Source: a virus (lineage: Duplodnaviria; Caudoviricetes). From it: a stretch of 26,284 bases of DNA. The notes beneath the pieces were generated by a model. That model searched no databases. It was not told the origin of the DNA and saw only the letters and a list, made by a program, of their open reading frames with translations. Of the stretch, positions 8,269-17,093 are shown in pieces (within the stretch, counting starts at the first letter, position 1; each line of letters opens with the position of its first letter). A program made the translations under genes and the position numbers. The stretch spans positions 1-26,284 of IMG/VR virus record IMGVR_UViG_3300037470_000610; one strand, 5' to 3'.

Positions 8269-11200
8269 CGCCTGCCGTCGGTCGGTCCCCGGTTTCGCCG
8301 GCGCATCGTCGCCGCCTGCTCCCACGATTCAGCGATTAGCTGACGCTGGGAACGGCGGAATGCGTCCGGGTTAGGGGTCGTAATGTTGAAAATCGGGGCG
8401 AAGGTGAATGGCCCCATATCGTCTATCTGGTCATTTGAAACTACACGCCCGAAGCGCGACGGAACAAAAACCTCGGGTCCGCTCTCGCCAACCAGGTAGG
8501 CTCTACCGAAATCAACCGGCCCGCCGTGGGCGCGTGCGCCGGCGAGCGCCAACTGCGGGGCGCGGACGCCAAACGCTGAACCGATTACGCCTGTAATGAG
8601 TTGCACGAGTTGACTCGCGAGCCACTCCTGCGCCATGTCGATGAGCAGTTGCTCAAAACCTCGAATGATACTGGAGAAGAAGGCGCTGAATCCATGAGAC
8701 AGTTCACCGAGGGCGCTCTTGAACAGCGATTTCATCCCGCCCGCCAAATCCGACAGCACTTCCCGAATCGATTCCAGCCGTTTGACCTCCTCCTGTGTCC
8801 GCTGAATCTCTCCGATTAGTGCTCCCTGTTCGTCTGTGAGTGTCGCGGTGAGTAGCCCTAAATCAGAGAGAAGCGTCTCATAGGCAGTTGCGTCCCCCGT
8901 AAGCTGGCGGAGTGCGAAAGACTGCGACTCTAGGGCGTCTCGCAGTCGTTCTGTCGTTTGTGTTTGATCGCGAATCGCGTCCGCTTCCCGTTCACGCTTT
9001 TCGATTAGCTGGTCAGAAAGCAAACTCCAGAAAGTCGATTCCCGAATGATATCCTGAATCGCTTTCGGTTGCTCCTCAAGGGCCGCTCCCAATGTTGCCC
9101 ACGAACGGCGCGACGCTTCGTTAGTCGCCGTCAGTTCACCCCAGCGTCGCTTCGCCTCCACGGCTGAATCGTTCGCCGTGTTCAAAATGCTCGTGGCCGC
9201 TTCCTGGCTAATGCGTAGCTCCTCATTCCCGCGTTTCCAATGCGAAAAAGTCTCCAGTAGCGCCCTCACGTCCGGTTCGAGGCTCTTCAGGCGTTCATCG
9301 AATCTGGAAATCGCTTCCGATTCAGCGTCAGACACACCGAGCAACACGGCGCGTTCGAGCGCCAGCTTTTGAATTGCGTCAGTTAGCGATTCTATCCGCG
9401 ACTCGTGCTGTTGAGTGACCGCGTTCAGTGACTCGGTATCGGACTTCTGTTTTTCGATCAGAGCATTCCAGGCATCCTCTGCACTAATCGCCTGCCGCAA
9501 CGCCGCAGGCAACTCGGCGAGGGTTTTCTGGTATCGATCCAGGGACAGCCGTTCTGCGTCCGTTGCAGCGACGAGTTTCAGGTACTCGATTTGCGCGCGT
9601 TTCACCGCGTCATTCGCGGCAATCAGCGCCTCTGTTGCCGGCACCTGCTCCGACCGGAACACCGCAATGGACTGAACAAGCGCCTGTTCTGCCTCGGTCA
9701 ATTCAGACAGCGGCTGCTTACGTAAATCGAGCGCGACCCGCTCTGCCTCGGACGTTGCCAACAGCCGCGCTAACGCAGTCTGTTGCCGCGCTAATTCATC
9801 CGTCAGCACGCTGTGCGCTTGCTCCTCCGCGAATGCAGCCTCTGCCGTCTGCCTGCTCCCCTGCTCGATAGCATCGAGCGCCTGTTTCAGATCGACGTAC
9901 CGTTTCAGGAGTGACTCGGGAATGATCGGGAACCGGGCTTGTGCGGCTCCCAGGGGCGTTGTTGCCTGCGCTTCTGCGAGAGAAAGCGCCAGGAACCGGA
10001 ACTCGGATTGAAACTGATCGCGAATCGACTCCGCCGTTTCTTTGGCGAGTTTCGCCCCCGCTTTACCGGCCAGAACCGCGTTCGTATCGATTCCGATTGC
10101 GAGTCCCTTCACTACATCGCGGCCAATCTCCATCATTACACGGGAGGGAGAGCGCATTTTCAGCGGTTTTTTTACCTCGTCGATCATGCGCTGTCCGAGT
10201 TGATTCATTTTCTCGCCGACACTCGCGATCAACACCACGATTCCTCCGATAACCGCGATGTGAAGTTGCCCGACAATCCGGGCTAACGCAGCCGGAATCG
10301 TGCCGAATATTGTCGTAAACACCTTAACGAACGAACCGCCCGCCCGCTTCGCAGCCTCCCACGCCTCAGACCATTGCCCCGTCACTAGCCGGTGAATCGA
10401 CACAACGACGAAGAACCACGTGTCAATAACGCTTTGCGCCATGGTGGCGAACAACTGACCGAGTTCCAACGCGCCCTGCCCCGCGATTCGGAACGCCCAA
10501 ACGATGTTAGTACGGATGTTGCCGAAGTTCGTAACAACAGCCGCACCCAGTCCAACAATCGCCGCGATTAGCAGGGCGATGCCTCCTGTTGAGAGTCCGA
10601 GGGCGGCTCCCAGGCTGCCGAGTGCGGTACTCGTACCGCCAACTACCCTAGAAATGGCAATGAAAGCGCCGCGCAATAGACCAGCGCCTGCTGCGACTTT
10701 CGATCCCAGGAGTATCAACGGAGCGAGGGCCGTTGCCATCAAAATGAGATTGAGAATAGCAGTCTTTGTGCTGTCATCGAGTCCAGAGTACGCCTTCGCC
10801 AACTCCAACGCTTTGTCGATATTCGGTTCTAGTAACTCTAGCGTTTTCGCCATTTCTGGAGTGAGAATCTGTCCGAACTCGATACCCAAATCCAGCACTT
10901 TGCGTTTGAGTTGCTCCCAGGCGAACCCTGCTGCGTTGACCCCCTGCGTTTGCGCGCCGAACGCAACCCCGGTTGCGCCTAAAACATCGCTCATTTCACC
11001 GAGTTTGCTCGTGTATTGATCGGCGAGCTTGGACGCTAAACCGAAAACGAGGGGGAAAGCCTCTCCCTGTCCGATAAAGTCTGCCAGGGGACGTTTCGAG
11101 TCCTCGGTCTCCTTCACAATCGCCGCTATAACCCCCTGGTATCCCAGCCCGGTAATCGCCGCTTGAGCCGATGCAAACTCCAGCTTCGTAAACAGAGCAA

Positions 11201-11930
11201 TCAGAGCATCCGTCGGATTCAACAGAGCTTTCAGCGTCGCGCCGAACATTGTAGTTACGATATCGGCTTTGCCAAGCGGTCCTGTACCCGTGGCATAAAC
11301 AGCGAAGAGCTCTTCTTGCGAAATCCCTAACTGGGACGCGGTAGCCGTGACGCGCCCCATCGAGTTCGCGAGTTCAGGGAGAGTCGTTCCGCCCAAGCGA
11401 ACCGCCGTAAATGCCAGGTCCGACGCATGTTGCACTGCTTCAGCGGTTTCGTTTCCGTAAGCGGCAGTGACGGCTTTCAAAACGGTTATAACGTCCGTCG
11501 TTGAGGCCAGTCCCGCAGTAGCCGCCTCCGACGCAATCCGCAGTTTCGTTACAGTGACCTCGGCCTCGTCTCCGAAAAGCGAAATCGTTTGGTAAAGCCC
11601 GGCCGCTACATCTTTCACGTCCTTGCCATGCAGGATCGCCAACTCGCGGACTGAATCGCCTAGTTCGCGAACCCGCTCAATGTTGTTCGGAATCAGCGTC
11701 GCAACTTCTGCCATCGCTTTATTGAAATCGGTAGCGAGTTTAAGGGACGCTCCTGCGGCTGCGAGGATCGGCAGAGTCAGACCAACGAACAGTTTTTTGC
11801 CAACTACTTCGCTTTTTTTGGCCCACGAATCGAGAGTCGAACTCGTACGCCGCAAACCTTCTTGGAGTTTGGCGTCGTCAAGCCCGACTTGAGCCTCAAG
11901 TCGGGCGATAGTTTGACCGACGAACGGCAT
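8265..11930 (-). CDS. Tail tape measure protein (TP901-type core; 1221 aa)
   Basis: Long Ala/Leu helical protein with GLTLPILAAAGAS, a central hydrophobic segment, SPSRVMMEIGRDVVKGLAIGI and C-terminal RAHGGPV..YLVGESGPEVFVP. Confidence 0.96.
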   Translation of the reverse strand: MPFVGQTIARLEAQVGLDDAKLQEGLRRTSSTLDSWAKKSEVVGKKLFVGLTLPILAAAGASLKLATDFNKAMAEVATLIPNNIERVRELGDSVRELAILHGKDVKDVAAGLYQTISLFGDEAEVTVTKLRIASEAATAGLASTTDVITVLKAVTAAYGNETAEAVQHASDLAFTAVRLGGTTLPELANSMGRVTATASQLGISQEELFAVYATGTGPLGKADIVTTMFGATLKALLNPTDALIALFTKLEFASAQAAITGLGYQGVIAAIVKETEDSKRPLADFIGQGEAFPLVFGLASKLADQYTSKLGEMSDVLGATGVAFGAQTQGVNAAGFAWEQLKRKVLDLGIEFGQILTPEMAKTLELLEPNIDKALELAKAYSGLDDSTKTAILNLILMATALAPLILLGSKVAAGAGLLRGAFIAISRVVGGTSTALGSLGAALGLSTGGIALLIAAIVGLGAAVVTNFGNIRTNIVWAFRIAGQGALELGQLFATMAQSVIDTWFFVVVSIHRLVTGQWSEAWEAAKRAGGSFVKVFTTIFGTIPAALARIVGQLHIAVIGGIVVLIASVGEKMNQLGQRMIDEVKKPLKMRSPSRVMMEIGRDVVKGLAIGIDTNAVLAGKAGAKLAKETAESIRDQFQSEFRFLALSLAEAQATTPLGAAQARFPIIPESLLKRYVDLKQALDAIEQGSRQTAEAAFAEEQAHSVLTDELARQQTALARLLATSEAERVALDLRKQPLSELTEAEQALVQSIAVFRSEQVPATEALIAANDAVKRAQIEYLKLVAATDAERLSLDRYQKTLAELPAALRQAISAEDAWNALIEKQKSDTESLNAVTQQHESRIESLTDAIQKLALERAVLLGVSDAESEAISRFDERLKSLEPDVRALLETFSHWKRGNEELRISQEAATSILNTANDSAVEAKRRWGELTATNEASRRSWATLGAALEEQPKAIQDIIRESTFWSLLSDQLIEKREREADAIRDQTQTTERLRDALESQSFALRQLTGDATAYETLLSDLGLLTATLTDEQGALIGEIQRTQEEVKRLESIREVLSDLAGGMKSLFKSALGELSHGFSAFFSSIIRGFEQLLIDMAQEWLASQLVQLITGVIGSAFGVRAPQLALAGARAHGGPVDFGRAYLVGESGPEVFVPSRFGRVVSNDQIDDMGPFTFAPIFNITTPNPDAFRRSQRQLIAESWEQAATMRRRNRGPTDGRR

Positions 11931-11936
11931 AGCTGC

Positions 11937-12514
11937 TCACCGACTCCGTTTACTCCGCCTCGCGGACGCTCTCGCCCGCTGCGCCTCGGCGCTATTCTCC
12001 GCCGACGCCGCCGCCAGGGCGCGGTCTCGCCAGTAAATTGACCGTTCGGCCAACTCCCACGGCGCAACTCCTAGATACCTCGCAGCGCGAATCGTTGTGT
12101 ACCAGTCTGGCACGTCTCCCCGCGCCCCACCGCTTACGAGAAACTCCCGGAGGTTTCGACACTCGGCGGGTTTGGGCGGAGGTCCTCCAGCACCGCACGG
12201 GCGACTGAATCCAGAAACACAGTTGGGAGAGTTTTCAGCGTAGCGGCATCCGTTGCCACCGCTCGCGGCGCGTCATCGCTGGCGTCGCTGTTCGGGTCAT
12301 GGTCGCAAAACAGGTCCCATGACAGGAGGATGCGCTCTAGCAACTCTGCGAGCATCGCTCCCGCCGTCGAATCCTCCAGACGAGCCGCACCCTGAACCCA
12401 CGACTCCAACTCTGGAGTTAGGACGTTCGGATCGTACTCGATGTTCAGGATTTCCCCGTCTCCAACATCGACGGCGACCCGCTTTGCGGCCTTCTTGATT
12501 TGCGACAGACGCAT
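11937..12514 (-). CDS. Tail assembly chaperone, -1 frameshifted long form (gpGT-like, ~192 aa)
   Basis: The -1 frame from the slippery site is open to a TGA at 11937-11939 and encodes PAECRNLREFLVSGGARGDVPDWYTTIRAARYLGVAPWELAERSIYWRDRALAAA... It is absent from the ORF track. Confidence 0.85.
12134..12514 (-). CDS. Tail assembly chaperone, short form (gpG-like, 126 aa)
   Basis: Lies between tail tube and TMP, has an LLSWDL motif and a GAGGGG RBS. Confidence 0.88.
   Translation of the reverse strand: MRLSQIKKAAKRVAVDVGDGEILNIEYDPNVLTPELESWVQGAARLEDSTAGAMLAELLERILLSWDLFCDHDPNSDASDDAPRAVATDAATLKTLPTVFLDSVARAVLEDLRPNPPSVETSGSFS
12170..12176 (-). promoter_or_regulatory. Programmed -1 ribosomal frameshift heptamer C CCA AAC
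   Basis: X XXY YYZ pattern in the correct reading frame (codons CCA AAC, Pro-Asn) near the end of the chaperone gene. Confidence 0.85.
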
Positions 12515-12549
12515 TCTATCCCCTCGCGTAGCTAACGGTTAGCAGGCAA

Positions 12550-13803
12550 CTAGAGCGTTGCCAGGTCGTTCCAGATAACGATTTCCACGGCTTTTTCAAG
12601 TACCTGATCGTACTTGATATCGCTTCCGTAGGTGGAGGCGTACACGTCGTTTTGGTCGCCGCGGTCCGACGAAATCAACGTGCAAGGGAACGTAATCTGA
12701 ATCATGCGATTGAACCCGGTTTCGATCTCCGGCCCACGCGCCTGAATGCGTGCGTACTTGCGGGTTTTCGCGCGCAAGTCGGTCATCAAGTCCGCACTGT
12801 CCGCGTTGTGCATGACGATGAACTCCGCCGTCACCGACGGCCCCCGCTCTACGTGGGCCGTGAACGACGCCTCTTCGTCATCGAGAGTCATCTGCGCCGA
12901 GAACCGATCCGAGACGGAGAAGTTCGCACTCTGGCAGCGATCCAGTTTTGCCATGCCCGGAATCGAGTCCCCCAGCATGACGCGGATATCGCGAGGATCG
13001 ACAGGCTGCTCATCGATATACGTCGGGTCCGCCGTGAGAGTGATTCCCTCCTCCAACTCCTGCGCTATCATGTTGCCCGAAACAGCGGCGGAGTCGGCGG
13101 AGAGCGCCAACTCTAGCCCGTCAAGAATCCCGTAGGTTGTGCGCTCCGCCCCCGCCGAGGAACCTACCTCTACCGTATAGGTTTTGATCGTATCGGGGCC
13201 GTAGTTCTGCGGCGTGAACACGTGCCGGAACGCATCTACCGCCGCCGTGCTGTCCAGCGTCGGATACGTCGTGAAGCCCTCCATGCCAAACGACAGTTCA
13301 CTCGCCGTCTGTTCCAACACGTTTTGGAATGTGACCGTGTACAGCCCGCTCGTGCCGGTGACAACGACGTTTCCCGCGCCGACAGTGGAGAGCGCAACCA
13401 GCGCCGCTTGAACTACCGCAGCGCTGGCGGTTGCGTCAATCGGATCGGTCTCCTCGCTCTCGAATTCGAGCGTGATTTGCCCCGTGGCGGGCAGGTCGAA
13501 ATCCAGGGTCCACACCCCGTTTTGCGTGGGCTGATCTGTCACCGGCTCACACAGGCACCCCGCCAGGTGATAGAGCAGATCGTTGTACGACAAGACCCCC
13601 GTGAGGTCTAACTCCGTGTGTTCCTTGCCGCGTACATCGACGGTATTGAATTTCGATCCCATCGGGCGGAATGGCGTGAGCGCCGTTTGCGGAACGGGAT
13701 TGAATCCCGACGCATTGAGACGACGATCTGCGTCCACCGCAGTTCCCGGCACCGTTTCGACTCCGATTTGCGTGGACTGGAAAACGGTTGCTCGTTCGGA
13801 CAT
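12550..13803 (-). CDS. Major tail (tube) protein with an internal inserted domain (417 aa)
   Basis: N-terminal QIGVETVPGTAV motif, position between tail terminator and chaperone, acidic and beta-rich, AGGAG RBS. Confidence 0.88.
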   Translation of the reverse strand: MSERATVFQSTQIGVETVPGTAVDADRRLNASGFNPVPQTALTPFRPMGSKFNTVDVRGKEHTELDLTGVLSYNDLLYHLAGCLCEPVTDQPTQNGVWTLDFDLPATGQITLEFESEETDPIDATASAAVVQAALVALSTVGAGNVVVTGTSGLYTVTFQNVLEQTASELSFGMEGFTTYPTLDSTAAVDAFRHVFTPQNYGPDTIKTYTVEVGSSAGAERTTYGILDGLELALSADSAAVSGNMIAQELEEGITLTADPTYIDEQPVDPRDIRVMLGDSIPGMAKLDRCQSANFSVSDRFSAQMTLDDEEASFTAHVERGPSVTAEFIVMHNADSADLMTDLRAKTRKYARIQARGPEIETGFNRMIQITFPCTLISSDRGDQNDVYASTYGSDIKYDQVLEKAVEIVIWNDLATL

Positions 13804-13810
13804 GCGAAGC

Positions 13811-13850
13811 TCCTGTTCTGGCCTGCTCTGGCCTGATCTGCCCTGTTCTG
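13811..13850 (-). repeat. Four tandem 10-mers CAGANCAGGN (= 8 x CAGRN) in the tail-tube leader
   Basis: Plus strand reads tcctgttctg gcctgctctg gcctgatctg ccctgttctg. The last unit on the mRNA overlaps the AGGAG Shine-Dalgarno. Confidence 0.85.
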
Positions 13851-13855
13851 CGGTG

Positions 13856-14296
13856 CTATGGAGCCTGTACGAAGGCGCGATAGATACCGCCGAGGTGACG
13901 GTATTGCTTGCCCTCTACATTCTCCACTAAATGAAACGTCTCCTCCCGGTTGGCAAAGCGGATTAGCACGCTAGGCGTGCCGGCGCTTCCCTCACTGCCT
14001 ACAAGAGCAGCGTCGATTTGCTGTGCGATTGCGCTCGCAGGCGTGTACGACGTAGCCTGCACAACGGCTTTCACCAGCACGCGCGGGCGCAGGAAGATTC
14101 TGGAAACCGACGGGTCGCCTAGCGCGTTCAACTCGCCACTCGATTGCAGCGAGAAAACAATAAGCGGGAACGCTGCATTCTGGGGAGCGATTGAGTCATA
14201 AATGCGACCAGCGACAAGCGCAGAAACGCCTGCGTGGGTCGCGAGCTTCGCCCGCAAAAACTCCGCCAGCGCCAGATACTCATTGCCAGGGTTCAT
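13856..14296 (-). CDS. Tail terminator / tail completion protein (DUF3168-like; 146 aa)
   Basis: ALVAGRIYDSIAPQNAAFPLIVF motif. Position directly before the tail tube. Confidence 0.85.
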   Translation of the reverse strand: MNPGNEYLALAEFLRAKLATHAGVSALVAGRIYDSIAPQNAAFPLIVFSLQSSGELNALGDPSVSRIFLRPRVLVKAVVQATSYTPASAIAQQIDAALVGSEGSAGTPSVLIRFANREETFHLVENVEGKQYRHLGGIYRAFVQAP

Positions 14297-14655
14297 GGCC
14301 TCGCACCCTCTTGAACCGCCCTCTCAATCATCCGACCAAACTCCTGCCGTAGCGAATCGACAGACGGCCCCACGTACGGCCTCGCGGCCATTTTCACCGT
14401 ACCGTACTCGTGATAAATGCCATAATGCACGCCAACTCGCAGCACAGCGTTCAGGTCGTTCTGCTGAATCACTTTGACTGAATTGTACAGGTCCCCTGTG
14501 TCCACGATGTTTTTCGCCCGAATCGTTGACTGCGTGCGATTTTGCAGTTCAAACGCTGTACGCCGGACAACGACCGACAGCAGACGCCGCGTTTTGGTTC
14601 CCACGGCAGGAGTGCGATCCAACGTTTTCCGCATTCTGAATTGTCCGACCGCCAT
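14293..14655 (-). CDS. HK97 gp10-like tail/neck protein (120 aa)
   Basis: VDTGDLYNSV and YGIYHEYGTVKMAARPYVGPS motifs. Confidence 0.9.
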   Translation of the reverse strand: MAVGQFRMRKTLDRTPAVGTKTRRLLSVVVRRTAFELQNRTQSTIRAKNIVDTGDLYNSVKVIQQNDLNAVLRVGVHYGIYHEYGTVKMAARPYVGPSVDSLRQEFGRMIERAVQEGARP

Positions 14656-14664
14656 TGGATTGCC

Positions 14665-15033
14665 TTACGATATCTCGGCGAGTACAACAATCGTCGTTAG
14701 ATTGTTGGATCGCGCTCCGAACCCGGCAATGACTTCATACTCTATACCGTTGACTTTTGCGCGGTCCTTCGGCCTCACATCAGTACCATGCGGGACGTTC
14801 AATTGCCAGCCTGCGATACGCTGAAGCGTCGAGCCGACTTCCTGTTCCCGCGCCAAACGAGTTGTTTCTAGCAACTGACATGCCGCAGTCGCGACCGTTG
14901 ACCATGTGAGAGTCTCGCCTCCAACCTCATCCGACGCAGCAGACGCCCGACGAATCTCCACCACGTCGGCGAAAGTCGCCTCCGCTGCCGCGCGTAGTAA
15001 CGCCAGTTCTGCGGCTGGAATCGTCGCACTCAT
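14665..15033 (-). CDS. Head closure/stopper protein (SPP1 gp16-like; 122 aa)
   Basis: SDEVGGETLTWSTVAT and PHGTDVRPKDRAKVNGIEYEVI motifs, plus gene order. Confidence 0.82.
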   Translation of the reverse strand: MSATIPAAELALLRAAAEATFADVVEIRRASAASDEVGGETLTWSTVATAACQLLETTRLAREQEVGSTLQRIAGWQLNVPHGTDVRPKDRAKVNGIEYEVIAGFGARSNNLTTIVVLAEIS

Positions 15034-15431
15034 AGATTGAAAATCCAGGGTTTTGCCGTGTTGTTTTCGTCAACGCGACCTGCGGGAGTCGGCTTCGTCA
15101 AATCGACGATAAACGATCCATTGACTCGCGCTTTCCAACGCTCCGCCGCTTTCAGCAGGTTAGCCATGAGTTGCGAACGATTCATTGTCTGGGAACCAGT
15201 AGTGAAATCGTATGCGTTCGCAGCTTTCGTCGCCCGTAGCTCTAGCGCCCGGTGAATCGCGTACGCCAAATCCCATGTCGGAGTCCATTCCTCGTCGGCG
15301 ACCGTCAGCCCGTCGGCGTCGGGACGGCGTGCCAGCCCAACGAACTGATCTAGCTCTGCGTCAGACAGTTCAGGATAGGCAGACGTATCCGCCATCGTAC
15401 CGATAAACGTTTTGGCCTCAGCAACGGTCAT
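15030..15431 (-). CDS. Putative head-tail adaptor (133 aa)
   Basis: Helical protein with PELSDAEL, WDLAYAI and DFTTGSQTMNRSQL. Position before the head closure gene. Start taken at ATG 15431 (MTVAEAK). Confidence 0.72.
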   Translation of the reverse strand: MTVAEAKTFIGTMADTSAYPELSDAELDQFVGLARRPDADGLTVADEEWTPTWDLAYAIHRALELRATKAANAYDFTTGSQTMNRSQLMANLLKAAERWKARVNGSFIVDLTKPTPAGRVDENNTAKPWIFNL

Positions 15432-16038
15432 CGCCGACTCTCGTGAATGCGACCAAACTGCGCGCCAACGCTGTATGCTGCCAGCGCGAATCGGTCGCGA
15501 CGAATCCATCCACAAACGCGGTCACACCTCCGCCGAATCGAGCATTGAGATAGTCATGGAACGCTACGACTCCACCCACCGGAACGAACGGACTCCATGC
15601 ATTGAAATCCGCTTCTACAAACTGAAAATCGTGGCAAGCGTCGATGAAAAGCAGCCCGATCGGCGCGCCCTCGCGGTCCTCGGCCCACCATTTCGCGGCG
15701 TCCACACTGGCACCCTGGAACCGTTGAACACCAGTATCTCGAAATCCAAAGAGAGATTCAATGTTGGCCTCAAACGCCCGCATGTTCTCTGCGTTTCGGT
15801 ACAGCGGCAGGGAATGCTGCGTCCACAGATCGACGCACAAGACCTGCGCGCCGCTTCCCTCCAGCGCCCCATGCCGTAGGTAACAGGCGGATTTACCACG
15901 ATAGGAGCCTATCTCCACAATCTGCTGATCGGCAGGAACCTCCGCCGCCAGCTTGGCGAGAAGTAGCCCTTCAGGTAGCCAAATCTTACCCTCTAGCTGT
16001 CGAATCTGGTCAATTCTGGGATGAATTGTCGCATCCAT
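15418..16038 (-). CDS. Class I SAM-dependent methyltransferase (Methyltransf_24-like O-methyltransferase; 206 aa)
   Basis: IVEIGSYRGKS SAM-binding motif, LCVDLW, LLFIDACHDFQFVEADF and GGVVAFHDY. Confidence 0.92.
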   Translation of the reverse strand: MDATIHPRIDQIRQLEGKIWLPEGLLLAKLAAEVPADQQIVEIGSYRGKSACYLRHGALEGSGAQVLCVDLWTQHSLPLYRNAENMRAFEANIESLFGFRDTGVQRFQGASVDAAKWWAEDREGAPIGLLFIDACHDFQFVEADFNAWSPFVPVGGVVAFHDYLNARFGGGVTAFVDGFVATDSRWQHTALARSLVAFTRVGDDRC

Positions 16039-17089
16039 TTTTTGCCAAATCCTTCAGGAACTCTATCGCGCGATCAGTCGCCGTACCGAGATTCGGGTAC
16101 ACGTCCTGAATCGCAGCTTTCCGCGCCCGCTGTTGCGGTTCCTTGTCACAAATCGCTTCTCGGACACATTCGTTCAGGAGTTCTACCTCGTTGCATTGAA
16201 CTCCTACGTCCGCATGTGCCCACCAGCGCAATCCGTGGTGTACGTCGCGGCGGTAGAATGGCGGATTCAGAGTAACGACCGGCCCTCCTACGGCTGCGAA
16301 CTCGTATAGCGTGCTGCTCCCGTCCGTAATGTACACGTTGGCCCGCTCAATCACGTCGTCAAACGATCTAACCGGTTCGATTCCCATTGACTCATATTGG
16401 CGGACTAGTGAATCGAATATGAGAGGGTGCCCGTGCCCGATGACGCGAAACTCGCCCGCCAATCGGGGCAGCGCCGGTTTGAGCCAGGTCCACCCGGAGC
16501 GCGTCTCTGGGCAAATCTGCGCGTTCCAGTGCGTTGAGGTACACACTACGGGATTCGTTGAGTTGTGAGCTCTCCTACGCCGGAACGGTTCATCGAGTTT
16601 CGGACAGCCCACGATTTCAGAACGAATCCACGGGTAGAACTCACTGTTTCGATTCTGTGTGTAGTGGTTCACCTCCAGAAACGCAGAAACGAGTCGCCGC
16701 AGTCCCCGCCCTCCGCTGAATGCCGCATGGCGATTTGAGAATGAGTAGCCGCATCCATGCTCTGTCATGTACAACGGGCGCGCTCGGCCCGAACCTCGGA
16801 ACGCTCGTTCTAAATCGCCGTACGATGAACAGTAAATCGGCCCCTCTCCTCCTAAATCGTTGTAACCGACACGAGCAATCGCCTTCGGAGAGACTCCCCG
16901 CTCCTCCAAATACCCCACTAACTCCGCTGTCACGAGCCAATTTCCGCGCATCGATCCAGGCAGCGCCCGATAAACAGGCAACTGGTGATCGATTAGGTGC
17001 GTTCGGCGTGCGATGAAATCGATAGGGTTCTGGAGTTGCGAGGAGTCTCCCCACGGTCGAAAGCGATTGACGGTTGGCGAACTCGCCAT
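16010..17089 (-). CDS. TagF/TagB-like (CDP-glycerol glycerophosphotransferase superfamily) GT-B transferase (~359 aa)
   Basis: Ordered motifs MTEHG, VGCPKLD, CTSTHW, GHGHP and YITDGSSTLYEFAAVGGPVV correspond to TagF-family WHG, GxPRxD, APTW, xHP and ITDYSSxxFDF. Start taken at ATG 17089, just after the MCP stop. Confidence 0.78.
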   Translation of the reverse strand: MASSPTVNRFRPWGDSSQLQNPIDFIARRTHLIDHQLPVYRALPGSMRGNWLVTAELVGYLEERGVSPKAIARVGYNDLGGEGPIYCSSYGDLERAFRGSGRARPLYMTEHGCGYSFSNRHAAFSGGRGLRRLVSAFLEVNHYTQNRNSEFYPWIRSEIVGCPKLDEPFRRRRAHNSTNPVVCTSTHWNAQICPETRSGWTWLKPALPRLAGEFRVIGHGHPLIFDSLVRQYESMGIEPVRSFDDVIERANVYITDGSSTLYEFAAVGGPVVTLNPPFYRRDVHHGLRWWAHADVGVQCNEVELLNECVREAICDKEPQQRARKAAIQDVYPNLGTATDRAIEFLKDLAKNGCDNSSQN

Positions 17090-17093
17090 CGCA

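Noticed and set aside
2793-11930. Gene transfer agent cluster
   Set aside because: The long TMP, SPP1-type head genes and accessory phage genes do not fit the compact RcGTA layout.
11804-12198. ORF-track entries 11804-12067 and 11992-12198 as the chaperone extension
   Set aside because: Neither is the frame reached by a -1 shift at C CCA AAC. That frame ends at 11937 and gives a far more protein-like sequence.
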